This document shows positions 36,815 through 47,584 of a DNA stretch of 64,000 nt, piece by piece (within the stretch, counting starts at the first letter, position 1; each line of letters begins with the position of its first letter). The notes below the pieces were generated by a model, which was not told where the DNA came from, did not search any database, and saw only the letters and a program-made list of their open reading frames with translations. Source of the DNA: Treponemataceae bacterium (GTDB lineage: Bacteria > Spirochaetota > Spirochaetia > Treponematales > Rectinemataceae); NCBI GenBank assembly GCA_963678065.2, contig CAXXVZ010000003.1, forward strand, positions 1,056,001 to 1,120,000, read 5' to 3'. Made by a program: the position numbers and the translations under genes.

Positions 36815-37273
36815 ATGCGTTCCAAAGGTCCATCAGGCACTATCCGCGTGTTCGGCAAAAAAAGGAAAAAAATCCCCGCCGCGAGTCCGACCGTCTTCGG
36901 GCGGGAGATAGTCTTTGAGGGCGACCTCGTCTGCTCGAGTTCGCTGAACATCCGCGGCCGGTTTTCTGGTTCCATCAGTTCAACGGGAGACATAGTGACC
37001 GAAAAGGCTTCCGAACTCTCGCTGACGAGTCTGACCGCACGAGGGCTCGTCATCAAGGGCATGTTCGCTGCAGGAAGCGTCGACGCAGAGAGCGTCGAGC
37101 TCCAGGCTTCCGCCCGGGTCCAGGCGGACATGAAGGCCCGAAGCTTCTGCGCGGCCGGAGGGGCCAGGCTTTCCGGCCGCCTCGACATGGAGTCATCGCG
37201 GCGCGGACCAGGCTCCTCCGGGGGTTCTGCGGGAGCCGAGTCCGCACCCTCCCCGGCTCGAGATTCTCCGTGA
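36815..37273 (+). CDS. Bactofilin / polymer-forming cytoskeletal protein (start may be GTG 36848)
   Basis: TVFG....FEGDL....L.I.G.F.G.I, V.A..VEL...ARV..D......GA...G. Confidence 0.7.
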   Translation: MRSKGPSGTIRVFGKKRKKIPAASPTVFGREIVFEGDLVCSSSLNIRGRFSGSISSTGDIVTEKASELSLTSLTARGLVIKGMFAAGSVDAESVELQASARVQADMKARSFCAAGGARLSGRLDMESSRRGPGSSGGSAGAESAPSPARDSP

Positions 37274-37785
37274 GGGCTCAGGCGGAAGGAAGGCCGGAGC
37301 AATCCGAGCTTCGGGATCTCGCGGCGACACTCGTGGCCGTTCTGTCGGGAAAGGGATGCCGCTTCGCCTGCGCCGAATCCTGCACAGGAGGCCTTCTCGC
37401 GGCGGCGATCACGGCCATCCCGGGCGCTTCGGAGGTTTTCTGGGGTTCGATTGTCTCCTACACGGAGAAAGCCAAGGCGGATGTTCTCGGCGTCGACACC
37501 GACACGCTTGCCCGATACGGAGCGGTATCCTGCGAGACTGCGCTCGAAATGGCGCGGGGAGTCTCTGCCCTGAGTTCGGCCGACCTCGCTGTATCCATAA
37601 CCGGATACGCGGGTCCGGGCGGAGGAGAGATCGGCAAGCCGGTCGGTACGGTGTGGATCGGACTATGCCCGAAAAACCGCGACCCAGAGGCGCAGAGATT
37701 CCTTTTTCGGGGCAATCGCGCCGAGATCCGAACGGCGGCGGCTTGTTCGGCGATCTCCATGGTTCTGGATCGATTCTCCGATTGA
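37270..37785 (+). CDS. pncC: CinA C-terminal domain / NMN amidohydrolase PncC
   Basis: AESCTGG, PGAS, YGAVS, SITG.AGPGGG...KPVGTVWIG. Confidence 0.88.
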   Translation: MRAQAEGRPEQSELRDLAATLVAVLSGKGCRFACAESCTGGLLAAAITAIPGASEVFWGSIVSYTEKAKADVLGVDTDTLARYGAVSCETALEMARGVSALSSADLAVSITGYAGPGGGEIGKPVGTVWIGLCPKNRDPEAQRFLFRGNRAEIRTAAACSAISMVLDRFSD

Positions 37786-37810
37786 CATACTGGCCCGGTG
37801 AGTCTATAGT
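37782..37810 (+). promoter_or_regulatory. Putative rho promoter (about 210-nt leader)
   Basis: TTGACA-17-TATAGT. Confidence 0.65.
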
Positions 37811-38027
37811 TTATAGCAACGTATTGTCGTGCAATTAATCCCGCCAGGCACGGACTCCGGATGTGTGCCGGATATCCGTTCATGATTCTGAAATACCGCC
37901 TTCGCGGTACCCCTTTTTGCGGGCTCGAGCATCCAATATGAATCACCGACAGTCAATGAGCAGAAAAACCGGATCACAAGTCCGTGAAAGAATATGAGCA
38001 ACCCAGTTCAGCGTATGGAGTGAGCCC

Positions 38028-40415
38028 ATGGCAATGATTCGCAAGCGCAAAGCCGCGGCTTCGGCCGCAGGAGACGGACATTCCGAACAGGAATTGCCCC
38101 TTGTGGCTGAAAGCGCCCCGATCGAAACAGCAAAACCGGAAGAGCAGCAAAAGAACGAGCCAGCCGAAACCGCGACAAATCCGAACCAGAATATCGAACA
38201 GAAAAGCCTCACCGCACCGGAGACCGAAAAACCTGCCGAGAGTCGTCAGGAAGGTCTATCGAGCGAGAGCGAGGGTCGCAGTCCTGTCAGGATCCGTGTG
38301 AGACGCCGTGTCCCGCGCACGGTCCAAAGCGACGATTCAGCCGCCATACCGGCTTCGGCAGCGGCGGCAGTGCCCGAGCAGGCCTCCCTGCCCATTGTCC
38401 CAGGTTCCGCGGGCCTGGCGGCACCGAATCAGGGCAGTGTGAATGCTTCGGCCATCGCGGGACAATCGGGCGGCCCTGCGCCCGCTCTGTCGCCGTCAGC
38501 GGGACTTCCCTCGCAGGGAAGTCCGGAGCTTCAGGCGGCGGTCGTCCCAGCCCTCGCTCCCGCCATAAACCAGCCGCCGTCAGTCTCAGGCCAGACAGCG
38601 GGCCAGTCACCCTTCCCTGGCAGGCAGAACCAACAGGGTGGCAACCCCTTCTCGGGACCGGCGAGTCCCGGCCACAACGGTTCCTACAACCGGGGCGAGG
38701 AGAGGCAGCGTTCCGACGATCGCCCGAGAAACGATGACAGGGCCCGCGGCGACAACCGCCAGAGGAATGAGAACCGCTACAGGAACGAGGACAGGCCGGG
38801 GAACGAGGACCGCGATCAGGGTTTTGTGCGGAGGCAGGAGAATTATGCCCGCCAGGCCCAGGACAGGCAGATGCCCGACAGGAACGGTGCGACGAGGGAG
38901 CCTGGCCAGAACAGGGAATCCGGTCAAGACAGACAACCCTTTGGCCAGTCCGGCTTCTCCGGTCAGCCACGGGATTCCGGTATGGCCAGAGATTCGGGCC
39001 AGGACCGTTTCGGAAACCAGGAACGCCTCGCCGGCCAGGACCGCACCGCGCCTTTCCCCTCCGCCGACAGACAGCAGGATCAGTCGCCCGAGAAGCAGCA
39101 GCCCGAGGGCAAGGCCGAGTACACTGAGAACAGGGCCCGTATATCGATCAACGACCTTTCCGAGACCGGGCTCAAGGAACTGCGGGATCTCGGCGCCAAA
39201 TACGGAATAAACCACGACGAGATGATCTCCTACAAGAAACAGGAAATCATCTTCTACATCCTGAAGAGCCACACGGACCGCGGCGGCATCATCTACGCCT
39301 ACGGATCGCTGGAAATACTTCCCGACGGCTACGGATTCCTCCGCTCGCCCCAGAACTCCTACCTGCCTGGAACCGACGACATCTACATCTCCCCCTCCCA
39401 GATCCGCCTCTTCAATCTGAAAACCGGCGATACCGTCTATGGCCAGATCAGGAGCCCGAAGGAGGGCGAGCGCTTCTTCGCCATGCTCCGCGTCGAGCAG
39501 GTCAACTACGACGAGCCCGCTGTCGCGCAGAACCGCATCCCCTTCGAGAACCTCACGCCGCTCTACCCCAACCGCAAGCTCAACCTCGAGACGGTCACGG
39601 AAGAGACTTCGACCCGCGTCATCAACCTCTTCTGCCCCATCGGCAAGGGGCAGCGGGCCCTCATCGTGTCGCCGCCCAGGACGGGAAAAACCATCCTGAT
39701 GCAGAAGATCGCCAACGCGATCACGACGAACCACCCCGAGGTCATCCTCATCGTGCTCCTCATCGACGAGCGCCCCGAAGAAGTCACCGACATGGAGCGC
39801 ACCGTCAAGGCCGAGGTCATCTCCTCGACCTTCGACGAGCAGGCCACGCGCCACGTCCAGGTCGCCGAGATGGTCCTCGAGAAGGCCAAGCGCCTCGTGG
39901 AGCACGGCAAGGACGTCGTCATCCTCCTCGACTCGATCACCCGCCTCGCGCGCGCCTACAACCAGACCGTTCCCACCTCGGGCAAGATCCTCTCGGGCGG
40001 CGTCGACTCCAACGCGCTGCACAAGCCCAAGCGTTTCTTTGGCGCGGCGCGCAACATCGAGCAGGGCGGATCGCTCACCATCATCGCTACGGCCCTCGTC
40101 GATACCGGATCGAGGATGGACGAGGTCATCTTCGAGGAGTTCAAGGGCACCGGCAACATGGAGATCAACCTCGACAGGCGCCTCTCCGACCGCCGACTTT
40201 TCCCCGCCATCAACATCAAGAAGTCGGGCACACGCAAGGAGGAACTCCTCCTCACGGACGAGGAACTCCAGAAAATCTGGGTGCTGCGCAAGGTCATCAA
40301 CCCCATGGACGACGTGGAGATCATGGAGCTCCTTATTGACAGGATGATGAAAAGCAAGAATAATGACGCGTTCCTCAGGTCGATGAATACGCCCTACACG
40401 GGCGGCAACGATTGA
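38028..40415 (+). CDS. rho: Transcription termination factor Rho with long disordered N-terminal extension
   Basis: [55 protein letters not shown]. Confidence 0.96.
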   Translation: MAMIRKRKAAASAAGDGHSEQELPLVAESAPIETAKPEEQQKNEPAETATNPNQNIEQKSLTAPETEKPAESRQEGLSSESEGRSPVRIRVRRRVPRTVQSDDSAAIPASAAAAVPEQASLPIVPGSAGLAAPNQGSVNASAIAGQSGGPAPALSPSAGLPSQGSPELQAAVVPALAPAINQPPSVSGQTAGQSPFPGRQNQQGGNPFSGPASPGHNGSYNRGEERQRSDDRPRNDDRARGDNRQRNENRYRNEDRPGNEDRDQGFVRRQENYARQAQDRQMPDRNGATREPGQNRESGQDRQPFGQSGFSGQPRDSGMARDSGQDRFGNQERLAGQDRTAPFPSADRQQDQSPEKQQPEGKAEYTENRARISINDLSETGLKELRDLGAKYGINHDEMISYKKQEIIFYILKSHTDRGGIIYAYGSLEILPDGYGFLRSPQNSYLPGTDDIYISPSQIRLFNLKTGDTVYGQIRSPKEGERFFAMLRVEQVNYDEPAVAQNRIPFENLTPLYPNRKLNLETVTEETSTRVINLFCPIGKGQRALIVSPPRTGKTILMQKIANAITTNHPEVILIVLLIDERPEEVTDMERTVKAEVISSTFDEQATRHVQVAEMVLEKAKRLVEHGKDVVILLDSITRLARAYNQTVPTSGKILSGGVDSNALHKPKRFFGAARNIEQGGSLTIIATALVDTGSRMDEVIFEEFKGTGNMEINLDRRLSDRRLFPAINIKKSGTRKEELLLTDEELQKIWVLRKVINPMDDVEIMELLIDRMMKSKNNDAFLRSMNTPYTGGND

Positions 40416-40489
40416 GGTAAATTATACTGACACCGTCCATGTGGCCGGTTTTCAGGCATGAACTTCAGGCGGATTTTCAAGGAGATGTT

Positions 40490-40708
40490 ATGAAGAGCGG
40501 TATCCATCCCAAGTATGAGCCCACCACCATCACCTGCGCCTGCGGAAATGTCATCGAGACCCGTTCGACGGTAAAGAACATCCAGGTCGAAATTTGTTCG
40601 GCCTGCCACCCTTTCTTTACCGGCAAGCAGAAGCTCGTCGATACCGCAGGTCGAATCGATCGTTTCAACAAAAAGTACGGAATCAAGCCGGCGGCAGAGC
40701 CGAAGTAA
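40490..40708 (+). CDS. rpmE: 50S ribosomal protein L31 (zinc-binding type)
   Basis: [13 protein letters not shown]...[21 protein letters not shown]. Confidence 0.97.
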   Translation: MKSGIHPKYEPTTITCACGNVIETRSTVKNIQVEICSACHPFFTGKQKLVDTAGRIDRFNKKYGIKPAAEPK

Positions 40709-40734
40709 TTCTTCCTTCTGCGCCTTCCGTAATG

Positions 40735-40763
40735 AAAAACCGCCCATCCGGGGCGGTTTTTTT
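40735..40763. terminator. Intrinsic terminator, likely bidirectional
   Basis: AAAAACCGCCC-ATCCG-GGGCGGTTTTTTT between convergent rpmE and rdgB. Confidence 0.85.
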
Positions 40764-40781
40764 ATGTCCGGAGCCTGCGAT

Positions 40782-41384
40782 TCAGGGCGAGGCGGCGAGG
40801 TCGTCGAGGATGCGGGCCATGCGGGAAGATGCGCGGCCGCGGTGGGAGACGCGATTTTTTTCTGCCATGGTCAGCTCGGCGACAGTCTTGCCGAATTCGG
40901 GAAGGTAGACGACAGGATCGTAGCCGAAACCACCCTCGCCCCGCGGCGCGCGTAGAAGTTCACCCTCGCAGGTCTCCTGGACGGAAAAAAACCTCTCTCC
41001 GGAAAGCGCGAGCACGAGGCAACAGACGAAGGCGCAGGACCGGTCCTCCTCTCCTTCCATCTCCGCGAGGAGGATGGCATTCCGTTCCGGCGCCGTCAGC
41101 TTCGTCCTGCCGTCCGCCGAACCGTAGCGTGCGGAGTGGATGCCGGGCCTGCCGCCCAGTGCCTTGACGGCGAGACCCGAATCGTCCGCGAGGCTCGGTC
41201 GCCCCGTGAGCCGGTACAGGGCCATGGCTTTGAGGAGTGCGTTGGCGTGGAAGCTAAGTCCGTCTTCGACTACATCGAAATCGGAGAAGCCCGCCTGGGC
41301 GGGGGTTTTGAGGACATGTCCCGGAAAGAGGGGACCGAGTTCGAGGAGTTTGTGCGCGTTCGACGTGGCCACCAGTAGTTCCAT
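40782..41384 (-). CDS. rdgB: Non-canonical purine NTP pyrophosphatase (Ham1 family)
   Basis: ATSN.HK, ADDSGL.V.AL.G.PG.HSARY, GFGYDP, KN.VSHRG. Confidence 0.94.
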   Translation of the reverse strand: MELLVATSNAHKLLELGPLFPGHVLKTPAQAGFSDFDVVEDGLSFHANALLKAMALYRLTGRPSLADDSGLAVKALGGRPGIHSARYGSADGRTKLTAPERNAILLAEMEGEEDRSCAFVCCLVLALSGERFFSVQETCEGELLRAPRGEGGFGYDPVVYLPEFGKTVAELTMAEKNRVSHRGRASSRMARILDDLAASP

Positions 41385-41393
41385 GACGGCACT

Positions 41394-42284
41394 CTACACG
41401 GTTTTGTCCGTGAGGGACAAGGCAGAGTGCCGTTTCATGTAATACAGCCCCGAATCGATAGTTCCCTTGGGAACCCCGAGGACCAGGGAGATGACAGAGT
41501 TGGGCACAGTCGGATTGAAGCGCATCACCCTGGACTGCGCGCCAGCGTAGCGTTCCTTTTCCCTGACGAGCCTCTCGGTCATCTCCTTCCTCCTCTCCGG
41601 ATCGAATTCACGGCAGAGCCGCGCCTCGAGGTTGTAGATTCTGACCCAGGCCGCGTTCCTGCTCTCCGCGATGTTCCCGAAACGGAGCCTCTCCCCTTCC
41701 ATGCGGAAGCGGATGCTTGCGACCATGTGGGAGAGCCAGGGCGCAGGCACTCCCGCACGCACCGCGACGCAGTTCAGGTCGGAATCGGATGTCTGGAGAA
41801 CACATTTCAGGAACAGGTACACAAGCCGTCTTCCACGGGGACCGGCCGCGGCGAGTATGTCACGATTCGGTGTGCGACTCCCTTGCTCGTGTCCGACCGC
41901 CTTCAGCGATACCGCAGGGCATGAATCGGGAAAACTAGCAACGCACGATCCGTCATACTGCCAGAGTTCGGGACACTCGCAGACGAATTCCTTTTCGGCA
42001 ACCTTCCGATTCTCTCGCCTGATGGATTTTGCCATGTACAGAAGGCTCGTTTCGATGTAGCGGTCATAAGGATGGCCGCATTGCAGATATCGATCTATCA
42101 GGACATCGATCCTGCTCCGGTAACGCAGGAGCGCGTCCGCCGCGTCGTCTGCCGAATCGAAGCCGTAGCGGAGTGGATCCCTGTAGACCTCGCCCGATAT
42201 GAAATCGACTATCGCCCGCTTTTCCGGATACACCGCGGCGCCGAATTTTTCTGTGAGCGACTCGAAAAGCCCCTTGCTCCGCAT
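41394..42284 (-). CDS. Hypothetical protein with C-terminal sigma-region-4-like HTH
   Basis: Long ORF in line with neighbours; C-terminal PNS.IS.VLGVPKGTIDSGLYY. Confidence 0.6.
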   Translation of the reverse strand: MRSKGLFESLTEKFGAAVYPEKRAIVDFISGEVYRDPLRYGFDSADDAADALLRYRSRIDVLIDRYLQCGHPYDRYIETSLLYMAKSIRRENRKVAEKEFVCECPELWQYDGSCVASFPDSCPAVSLKAVGHEQGSRTPNRDILAAAGPRGRRLVYLFLKCVLQTSDSDLNCVAVRAGVPAPWLSHMVASIRFRMEGERLRFGNIAESRNAAWVRIYNLEARLCREFDPERRKEMTERLVREKERYAGAQSRVMRFNPTVPNSVISLVLGVPKGTIDSGLYYMKRHSALSLTDKTV

Positions 42285-42400
42285 GCAGTTTCCCCCATGG
42301 GAGGACAACATGCACGAGCCGTGCCTGCGGGGCCGATACGATGGCGATTCCGGAAATAGAGTTCGGCATGTACTGTGTTCACAAAGACTTGCGGTTCATG

Positions 42401-42439
42401 AAAAACCGCTTCCGCCTCAGACGGCGAAGGAAGCGGTTT
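42401..42439 (-). terminator. Intrinsic terminator after nrnA
   Basis: Minus strand AAACCGCTTCC...GGAAGCGGTTTTT. Confidence 0.65.
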
Positions 42440-42502
42440 AGTTCTTTAAGGTATCTTTACATTCAGTGTGGCCAATGGAGAGCAGGGCTGTGGCCGGCAG
42501 CC

Positions 42503-43474
42503 TCATCCGGAAAAGGAGGGGGCGAAAGCCTCGATCAGCCGCGCCTTCACGTCGTCGATCCTGCCGGGTATCGTGAGGCCGGCCGCGAGACGGTGGCCGC
42601 CGCCGCCGAACGCCGCAGCGAGCTGGGCGACGTTGACGCGGTCGCGGGAGCGGAGTCCGACCGTGCATCCCGCCTCGTCCTCCTGCCTGATCATCATGAC
42701 GGCCTCGCAGCCCGCGACGCCCATCATCAGCTGGTAGATGACGTCGGGGTCGCGGCTGGCCTTGCCGTACTTCTGCTGGTCCTCGAGAGTGACCCACGAC
42801 ACGAGGAGGCGCCCGTTGAAGTAGGGGGTGATCCTCGCGAGAATTTCGCCCATCATCATGCGGGAAGCGAGAGTCTTGCCGCCATACATGGCCGCGTGGG
42901 CCTTTTTGGGCGAAGCGCCCGCGCGCACGAGCCTCGCGGCGATCTCGAATGCCTCGGCTCCCGTCTCGTCGGGATGGCGGAAGAAGCCCGTATCGGTGCA
43001 CAGGCCGTAGAAGAGCAGCTCGGCTTCCTCCCGCGTGGGTGTGCTGCCGAGGGTTTCGATGAGAACGAGTATCATGGCGGTCACCGAGGCCGCTCTCTCG
43101 TCGACCCAGGCGACGTTGTTCCTGATATCGGCCGCCGAGTGGTGGTCGATGAAGGCGACGGGGACGGGTGGCAGGCGATCCGCCATGTCGCCCGTCCGGG
43201 AGAGGGAAGAACAGTCGACGACGATGGCGGCCGAACGCTCCCAGGTCTTCTCCGGAGGAGGGGAATCCGCAAAACGGTTCTCGAAGGCGATGACTTCGGG
43301 TTTCGTGAAGGGGCCCGCGGAGAGCGGGAAAGCCGTCTTGCCGATGCGGCGCAGGAAGGATGAGAGGGCGAGCTGGGAGCCGACGCAGTCGCCATCGGGT
43401 TCCTTGTGCCCGACGATGTAGAAACTGTCGTGCATGTCGATGAAGTCGAGAAGATCGCGGGAAACTTGTTTCAT
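42503..43474 (-). CDS. nrnA: DHH family bifunctional oligoribonuclease / pAp phosphatase
   Basis: H.EPDGD, VVDC, IDHH, DTG.F, LRS, GGGGH..AAG. Confidence 0.88.
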   Translation of the reverse strand: MKQVSRDLLDFIDMHDSFYIVGHKEPDGDCVGSQLALSSFLRRIGKTAFPLSAGPFTKPEVIAFENRFADSPPPEKTWERSAAIVVDCSSLSRTGDMADRLPPVPVAFIDHHSAADIRNNVAWVDERAASVTAMILVLIETLGSTPTREEAELLFYGLCTDTGFFRHPDETGAEAFEIAARLVRAGASPKKAHAAMYGGKTLASRMMMGEILARITPYFNGRLLVSWVTLEDQQKYGKASRDPDVIYQLMMGVAGCEAVMMIRQEDEAGCTVGLRSRDRVNVAQLAAAFGGGGHRLAAGLTIPGRIDDVKARLIEAFAPSFSG

Positions 43475-43501
43475 GGGAAAATCCGCCTCGTGATACCGTC
43501 T

Positions 43502-44446
43502 TCAGGGTATGGTGGCGAGCATTATCGCCTTGATCGTGTGTTTCCGGTTTTCAGTCTGCAGGAAGACCCTGCTCCGGGGGCCCTCGATGACATCGAGGGT
43601 AACCTCTTCGCCTTTATTGGCGGGAAGGCAGTGCATGAAGATCGAGTCGGGTTTGCCCGTGGCCTCCATGACGGAGGAATCGACGCGGAAATCCGAGAGG
43701 AGACCGACGCGGGCTTCGCGCAGATGCTCTTCGCCCATGGAGGCCCAGACGTCTGTGTAGACGGCGTCGGCGCCCCTGACGCCTGAGCTCACGGAATCGC
43801 TCACCTCGATTTTCGCCCCGGAATCGCGGGCGATCGGGAGGCAGATGTCGAGAATTGCGCCGTCGGGTTGGAGTCCGGAGGGGGCCGCGATGCTGTAATT
43901 CACGCCGAGCTTGGCGCAGATCGCCATGAGGGAGCGCGCCACGTTGTTCCGGCCGTCGCCCACGAAGCAGATCTTCCGTCCCTCGCAGGGGCCGAATTCT
44001 TCCTCGAAGGTGAAGATGTCGGCGAGGACCTGGGTAGGATGAAATTCGTCGGTGAGGCCGTTGTAGACCGGGACTCCCGCGTACTTCGCGAGCGCGCGGG
44101 CCTGTTCCTGGCTGAAGCCGCGGAACTGGATCGCGTCGAACATGGTGCCAAGGACGCGCGCCGTGTCCTCGATGGACTCTCCGGAACCGAGCCTCAAATC
44201 CTGACTCGACAGAAAGACGGGATGACCGCCCTCCTCGCCGAAGGCGGTCTCGAAGGCCGCGCGGGTTCTGGTCGAGCGTTTCTCGAAAATCAAGGCGAGG
44301 GTTTTGCCCCTGAAGCGCTGCAGACGCCGGCCCTTGATGGATTGTGCCTTGGCCTTTTTTGCGAGGCCGAGAAGGAATCGTATCTCCTCGGGAGTATAAT
44401 CGATCCAGGTAAGCAGGGAACGGCCCTTGAGCGATGCGGGTTTCAC
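43502..44446 (-). CDS. argF: Ornithine carbamoyltransferase
   Basis: FEK.STRTR, NGLTD..HPTQ, DVW.SMG, MHCLP. Confidence 0.92.
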   Translation of the reverse strand: MKPASLKGRSLLTWIDYTPEEIRFLLGLAKKAKAQSIKGRRLQRFRGKTLALIFEKRSTRTRAAFETAFGEEGGHPVFLSSQDLRLGSGESIEDTARVLGTMFDAIQFRGFSQEQARALAKYAGVPVYNGLTDEFHPTQVLADIFTFEEEFGPCEGRKICFVGDGRNNVARSLMAICAKLGVNYSIAAPSGLQPDGAILDICLPIARDSGAKIEVSDSVSSGVRGADAVYTDVWASMGEEHLREARVGLLSDFRVDSSVMEATGKPDSIFMHCLPANKGEEVTLDVIEGPRSRVFLQTENRKHTIKAIMLATIP

Positions 44447-44600
44447 GCACCTTCCTCCTTGCGCGGAAAAGAAAAGTCATCGTACCGCAAAGAGTCCTGG
44501 CGGTCAAGTTTGGGGAGATTTTCAGGAGAGGGATATCGGGAGGATCAGGCGGGATTCCCCGGTATGGGCAATCCACGGGGGAGGAGGTTAGAATAGGTCC

Positions 44601-45284
44601 ATGGATGAAACCCTGTCCGTGGCCCTTGATCCGGAACAGATCCGGTTCCGGGCGATATTCGGAATTCTGAAGCCTCTCTGGCCCTCGGCCGAGCCACTCC
44701 TTGCCTGGAAAAACCCATTCGAACTCTTGTGCGCCGTCATACTTTCCGCCCAGTGCTCCGACGATCAGGTGAACAGAGTCACGCCCGAACTCTTCGACCG
44801 CTGGCCCGACGCCTTCGCCCTCGCAGAGGCCCGCCCGACAGAGGTCGAGTCGGTCATCCACAGTGTCGGCTTTTTCAGGACGAAGGCCCTCCACCTCGTG
44901 CAGACGGCGGGCATCATCGCTTCGGCCCATGCCGGGAGGGTTCCTGACAGCATGGAAAGCCTTCTCGCTCTGCCCGGCGTCGGGCGGAAGACTGCGAACC
45001 TCGTCATCTCGGCCTCGTATGGAGTGGCCGGCATCATCGTCGATACCCACGTCCTGCGCGTGGCCACGCGGACCGGCCTGCACGGCAAGCGCGATCCGGC
45101 TGCGGTGGAAAAGCGGATTGCGACCCTCATCGAAGAACGGGATTGGACCGCTTTCTCCCACGCAGTGAACCGGCACGGCAAGTTCACCTGCACGGCGCGC
45201 AGGCCCGCCTGCGTTCTGACGGGGATCTCCTGTCCGATAGAGGCTCTCTGTCCGAGAATCGGTGTCGATTGCACGGGGAAGTGA
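44601..45284 (+). CDS. nth: Endonuclease III
   Basis: LSAQC.D..VN, LPGVGRKTAN, VDTHV.R, C-terminal Cys cluster. Confidence 0.93.
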   Translation: MDETLSVALDPEQIRFRAIFGILKPLWPSAEPLLAWKNPFELLCAVILSAQCSDDQVNRVTPELFDRWPDAFALAEARPTEVESVIHSVGFFRTKALHLVQTAGIIASAHAGRVPDSMESLLALPGVGRKTANLVISASYGVAGIIVDTHVLRVATRTGLHGKRDPAAVEKRIATLIEERDWTAFSHAVNRHGKFTCTARRPACVLTGISCPIEALCPRIGVDCTGK

Positions 45285-45340
45285 CCCCAAGCCCTCTCAC
45301 GGGGAGTCTGCATCCAGGTTCCGTTCGCGGCGCGCCAGCA

Positions 45341-45565
45341 TCAGCCACCACCCACCGGAGGAAAGAGGGAGATGCGGTCACAATCCGCGAGGGCTGCGTC
45401 GATCCGCCCGTCCCTCCCGTTTATGAGGAGGATGGCGACATCCTTCTCTCCGATGCCCAGGAAGGTCATGATATCGCGCGGCACCGAATCGGGCGGCAGC
45501 TCCAGTTCCTGTTCCCTGCCCCTGCCCTCGCGCAGAGTGGCGAAGAGCCTGACTGTGATCCTCAT
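45341..45565 (-). CDS. MoaD/ThiS family sulfur carrier
   Basis: VRLFATLR...NG...FPPVGGG C-terminus; downstream of aor. Confidence 0.88.
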   Translation of the reverse strand: MRITVRLFATLREGRGREQELELPPDSVPRDIMTFLGIGEKDVAILLINGRDGRIDAALADCDRISLFPPVGGG

Positions 45566-45673
45566 GGCCTTCCTCGTTCATGGACACGGCATCAGCCGCA
45601 ATCGCGGCCTGCGCCCGCGGCAATCCGCCGGGGCATCGGCGGCGACCTCCTGCCCCGGCGGTCCGGCATTTTC

Positions 45674-47473
45674 TCAGGCACCCACGCCGAGGGCGGCGAG
45701 TTTTTCCTTTGTCGGAATGCCATCCGTCCCCCAGCCCCGGAGCCTGTAGTATTCGGGAAGAAGCTGGTCCAGCTTGTGCGTCCAGCCGGCAGAGGGACCT
45801 TCGGGGATAGGATCTTCGAGGAGGCGTTTGGGCAGGGTGTCCTGCTCGGATCCGATGCCCGCCTGCTGGTTGAACACGCGTTCGATATTCCAGATGCGCT
45901 CGCCGGATGTGATGAAATCGGCGCCGGTCAGGGAGAATCCGCATACGGCGTTGTAGAGGTCGGCGTAATCGTCGGCGTTCATGGCGAAGGATGTGAAGAG
46001 GCAGAGGCCGACCGAGTCGATGGCCGCGGTGAAATCCTGGAAGATCTTTGTCCAGTTGCTCTTGCCGTCCAGCGCGAAGCGGTCGAGTTTCTCCGGGAGG
46101 CCGAGAATCTCGGGGGATATCATGTAGCCGCGGACGTGGCAGCCGCCGCGGTTCGAGGTGGCGTACTGAACACCGTGGCCCTGGATGCCGCGAGGATCGT
46201 ATGCTGGGAGTTCCTGTTTCTTGACCGTCATGGAAACCTCCGGGGCGCCGTAGAGTTCGGCGAGCCTGAAGGAGCCGAGGGCCAGCTTTGCCCCGAAACC
46301 GGTTCCCCAACCCATGCGTCTGGTCCATTCGACAACCGATTCCACGTTGCCGAATTTCAGTTCAGGCCCGTCGCCGAACTCTGACTTCTTGATGAGCCCG
46401 CGCTGGTAGAGTTCCATGGCGGCCGCGAGGGTTGAGCCCGCGGAGATGGTGTCCAGGCCCAGTTCGTTGCACCAGTAATTCGCCTTGATGACGGAAGCGA
46501 GGTCGGAGATACCGCAGTCGGAGCCGAATGCCCATATGGTCTCGTATTCAGGGCCGCCGCCCTTGATGTCGTCCACCTCGCAGTAGCGGCCGCAGGCGAT
46601 GGGACAACGGAAGCAGGGATCTTTCTTTTTCAGATATCTGGCGGCGAGGGTCTCGCCGGAGATCTCGTCGGCGGCGGGAAAGACGCTGGTCTGGAAGTTG
46701 TTGGTCGGGAACACGCCGTTCTCGTTGATGATGTTCACGAGGATCGCCGTGCCGTAGGCCGGAAGGCCGGAGCCGGTGACCCCGTTCTCCTTGATCTTTT
46801 TCATACAGCGGGTGAAGGCGACTTTGAGCTTCGCCTCGTCGGCGACAGCCACCTTGCCGCTGCCCTTGACTACGACTGCCTTCAGGTTCTTGGAGCCCAT
46901 GACGGCGCCGACTCCCGAGCGGCCGGCAGCGCGGCAGCGGTCGTTCATGATCGCCGCGAGGAGTGACAGCCTCTCCCCCGCGGGTCCGATGGTCAAGACG
47001 CGATGCTTATCGCCGTGGCGCTTCTCCAGTATGTCCGTCGTCTCCGAAACGACCTTGCCCCAGAGCTCCCCGGCCTCCCTGAGTTCCACTTTATCGTCCT
47101 CGATCACGAGGTATACGGGCGAGGTCGCCTTCCCCTCGAACACGATCGCGTCGTAGCCGGCGAATTTCAGTTCGGCGCCGAAATAGCCGCCCGAGTTCGA
47201 ACTGGCGATCGTCCCCGTGAGCGGAGATTTTGTCACGGCCATATAGCGGCCGCCCGTCGGCGTAGCCGTTCCGGTGAGCGGGCCCGTGACGAACATGAGC
47301 TTGTTGGCCGGACTCAGAGCGTCGACCGCGGGATCGATCTCCTTCATGAGCATCGCGGTTCCGAGGCCTCGCCCGCCGACATACTTCTTCGCGACATCGA
47401 TATCCAGGGACTCGGTCAGAACCGATCTCTCGCTCAGGTCGACCCTGAGTATTTTCCCCATGTAGCCGTTCAT
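45674..47473 (-). CDS. aor: Aldehyde:ferredoxin oxidoreductase (tungsten AOR, clostridial type)
   Basis: GYMGKILRVDL, KSPLTG, AGRSGVGAVMGSKNLKA, C..CPIAC, GPEYET, YDPRG, EYY.LRGW. Confidence 0.93.
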   Translation of the reverse strand: MNGYMGKILRVDLSERSVLTESLDIDVAKKYVGGRGLGTAMLMKEIDPAVDALSPANKLMFVTGPLTGTATPTGGRYMAVTKSPLTGTIASSNSGGYFGAELKFAGYDAIVFEGKATSPVYLVIEDDKVELREAGELWGKVVSETTDILEKRHGDKHRVLTIGPAGERLSLLAAIMNDRCRAAGRSGVGAVMGSKNLKAVVVKGSGKVAVADEAKLKVAFTRCMKKIKENGVTGSGLPAYGTAILVNIINENGVFPTNNFQTSVFPAADEISGETLAARYLKKKDPCFRCPIACGRYCEVDDIKGGGPEYETIWAFGSDCGISDLASVIKANYWCNELGLDTISAGSTLAAAMELYQRGLIKKSEFGDGPELKFGNVESVVEWTRRMGWGTGFGAKLALGSFRLAELYGAPEVSMTVKKQELPAYDPRGIQGHGVQYATSNRGGCHVRGYMISPEILGLPEKLDRFALDGKSNWTKIFQDFTAAIDSVGLCLFTSFAMNADDYADLYNAVCGFSLTGADFITSGERIWNIERVFNQQAGIGSEQDTLPKRLLEDPIPEGPSAGWTHKLDQLLPEYYRLRGWGTDGIPTKEKLAALGVGA

Positions 47474-47507
47474 ATCGTCCTCCCTTCACGTAAGGTGCGG
47501 ACGATGG

Positions 47508-47524
47508 TGCAAGTTTCGTGCCAA
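47508..47524 (-). promoter_or_regulatory. Sigma-54 (-24/-12) promoter of aor
   Basis: Minus strand TTGGCACGAAACTTGCA; AT-rich tract upstream. Confidence 0.88.
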
Positions 47525-47584
47525 ATAATTAATTCATTATATTATATATAAATAAAATTGCCAGTAGCAAAAGACAATAAGGAT

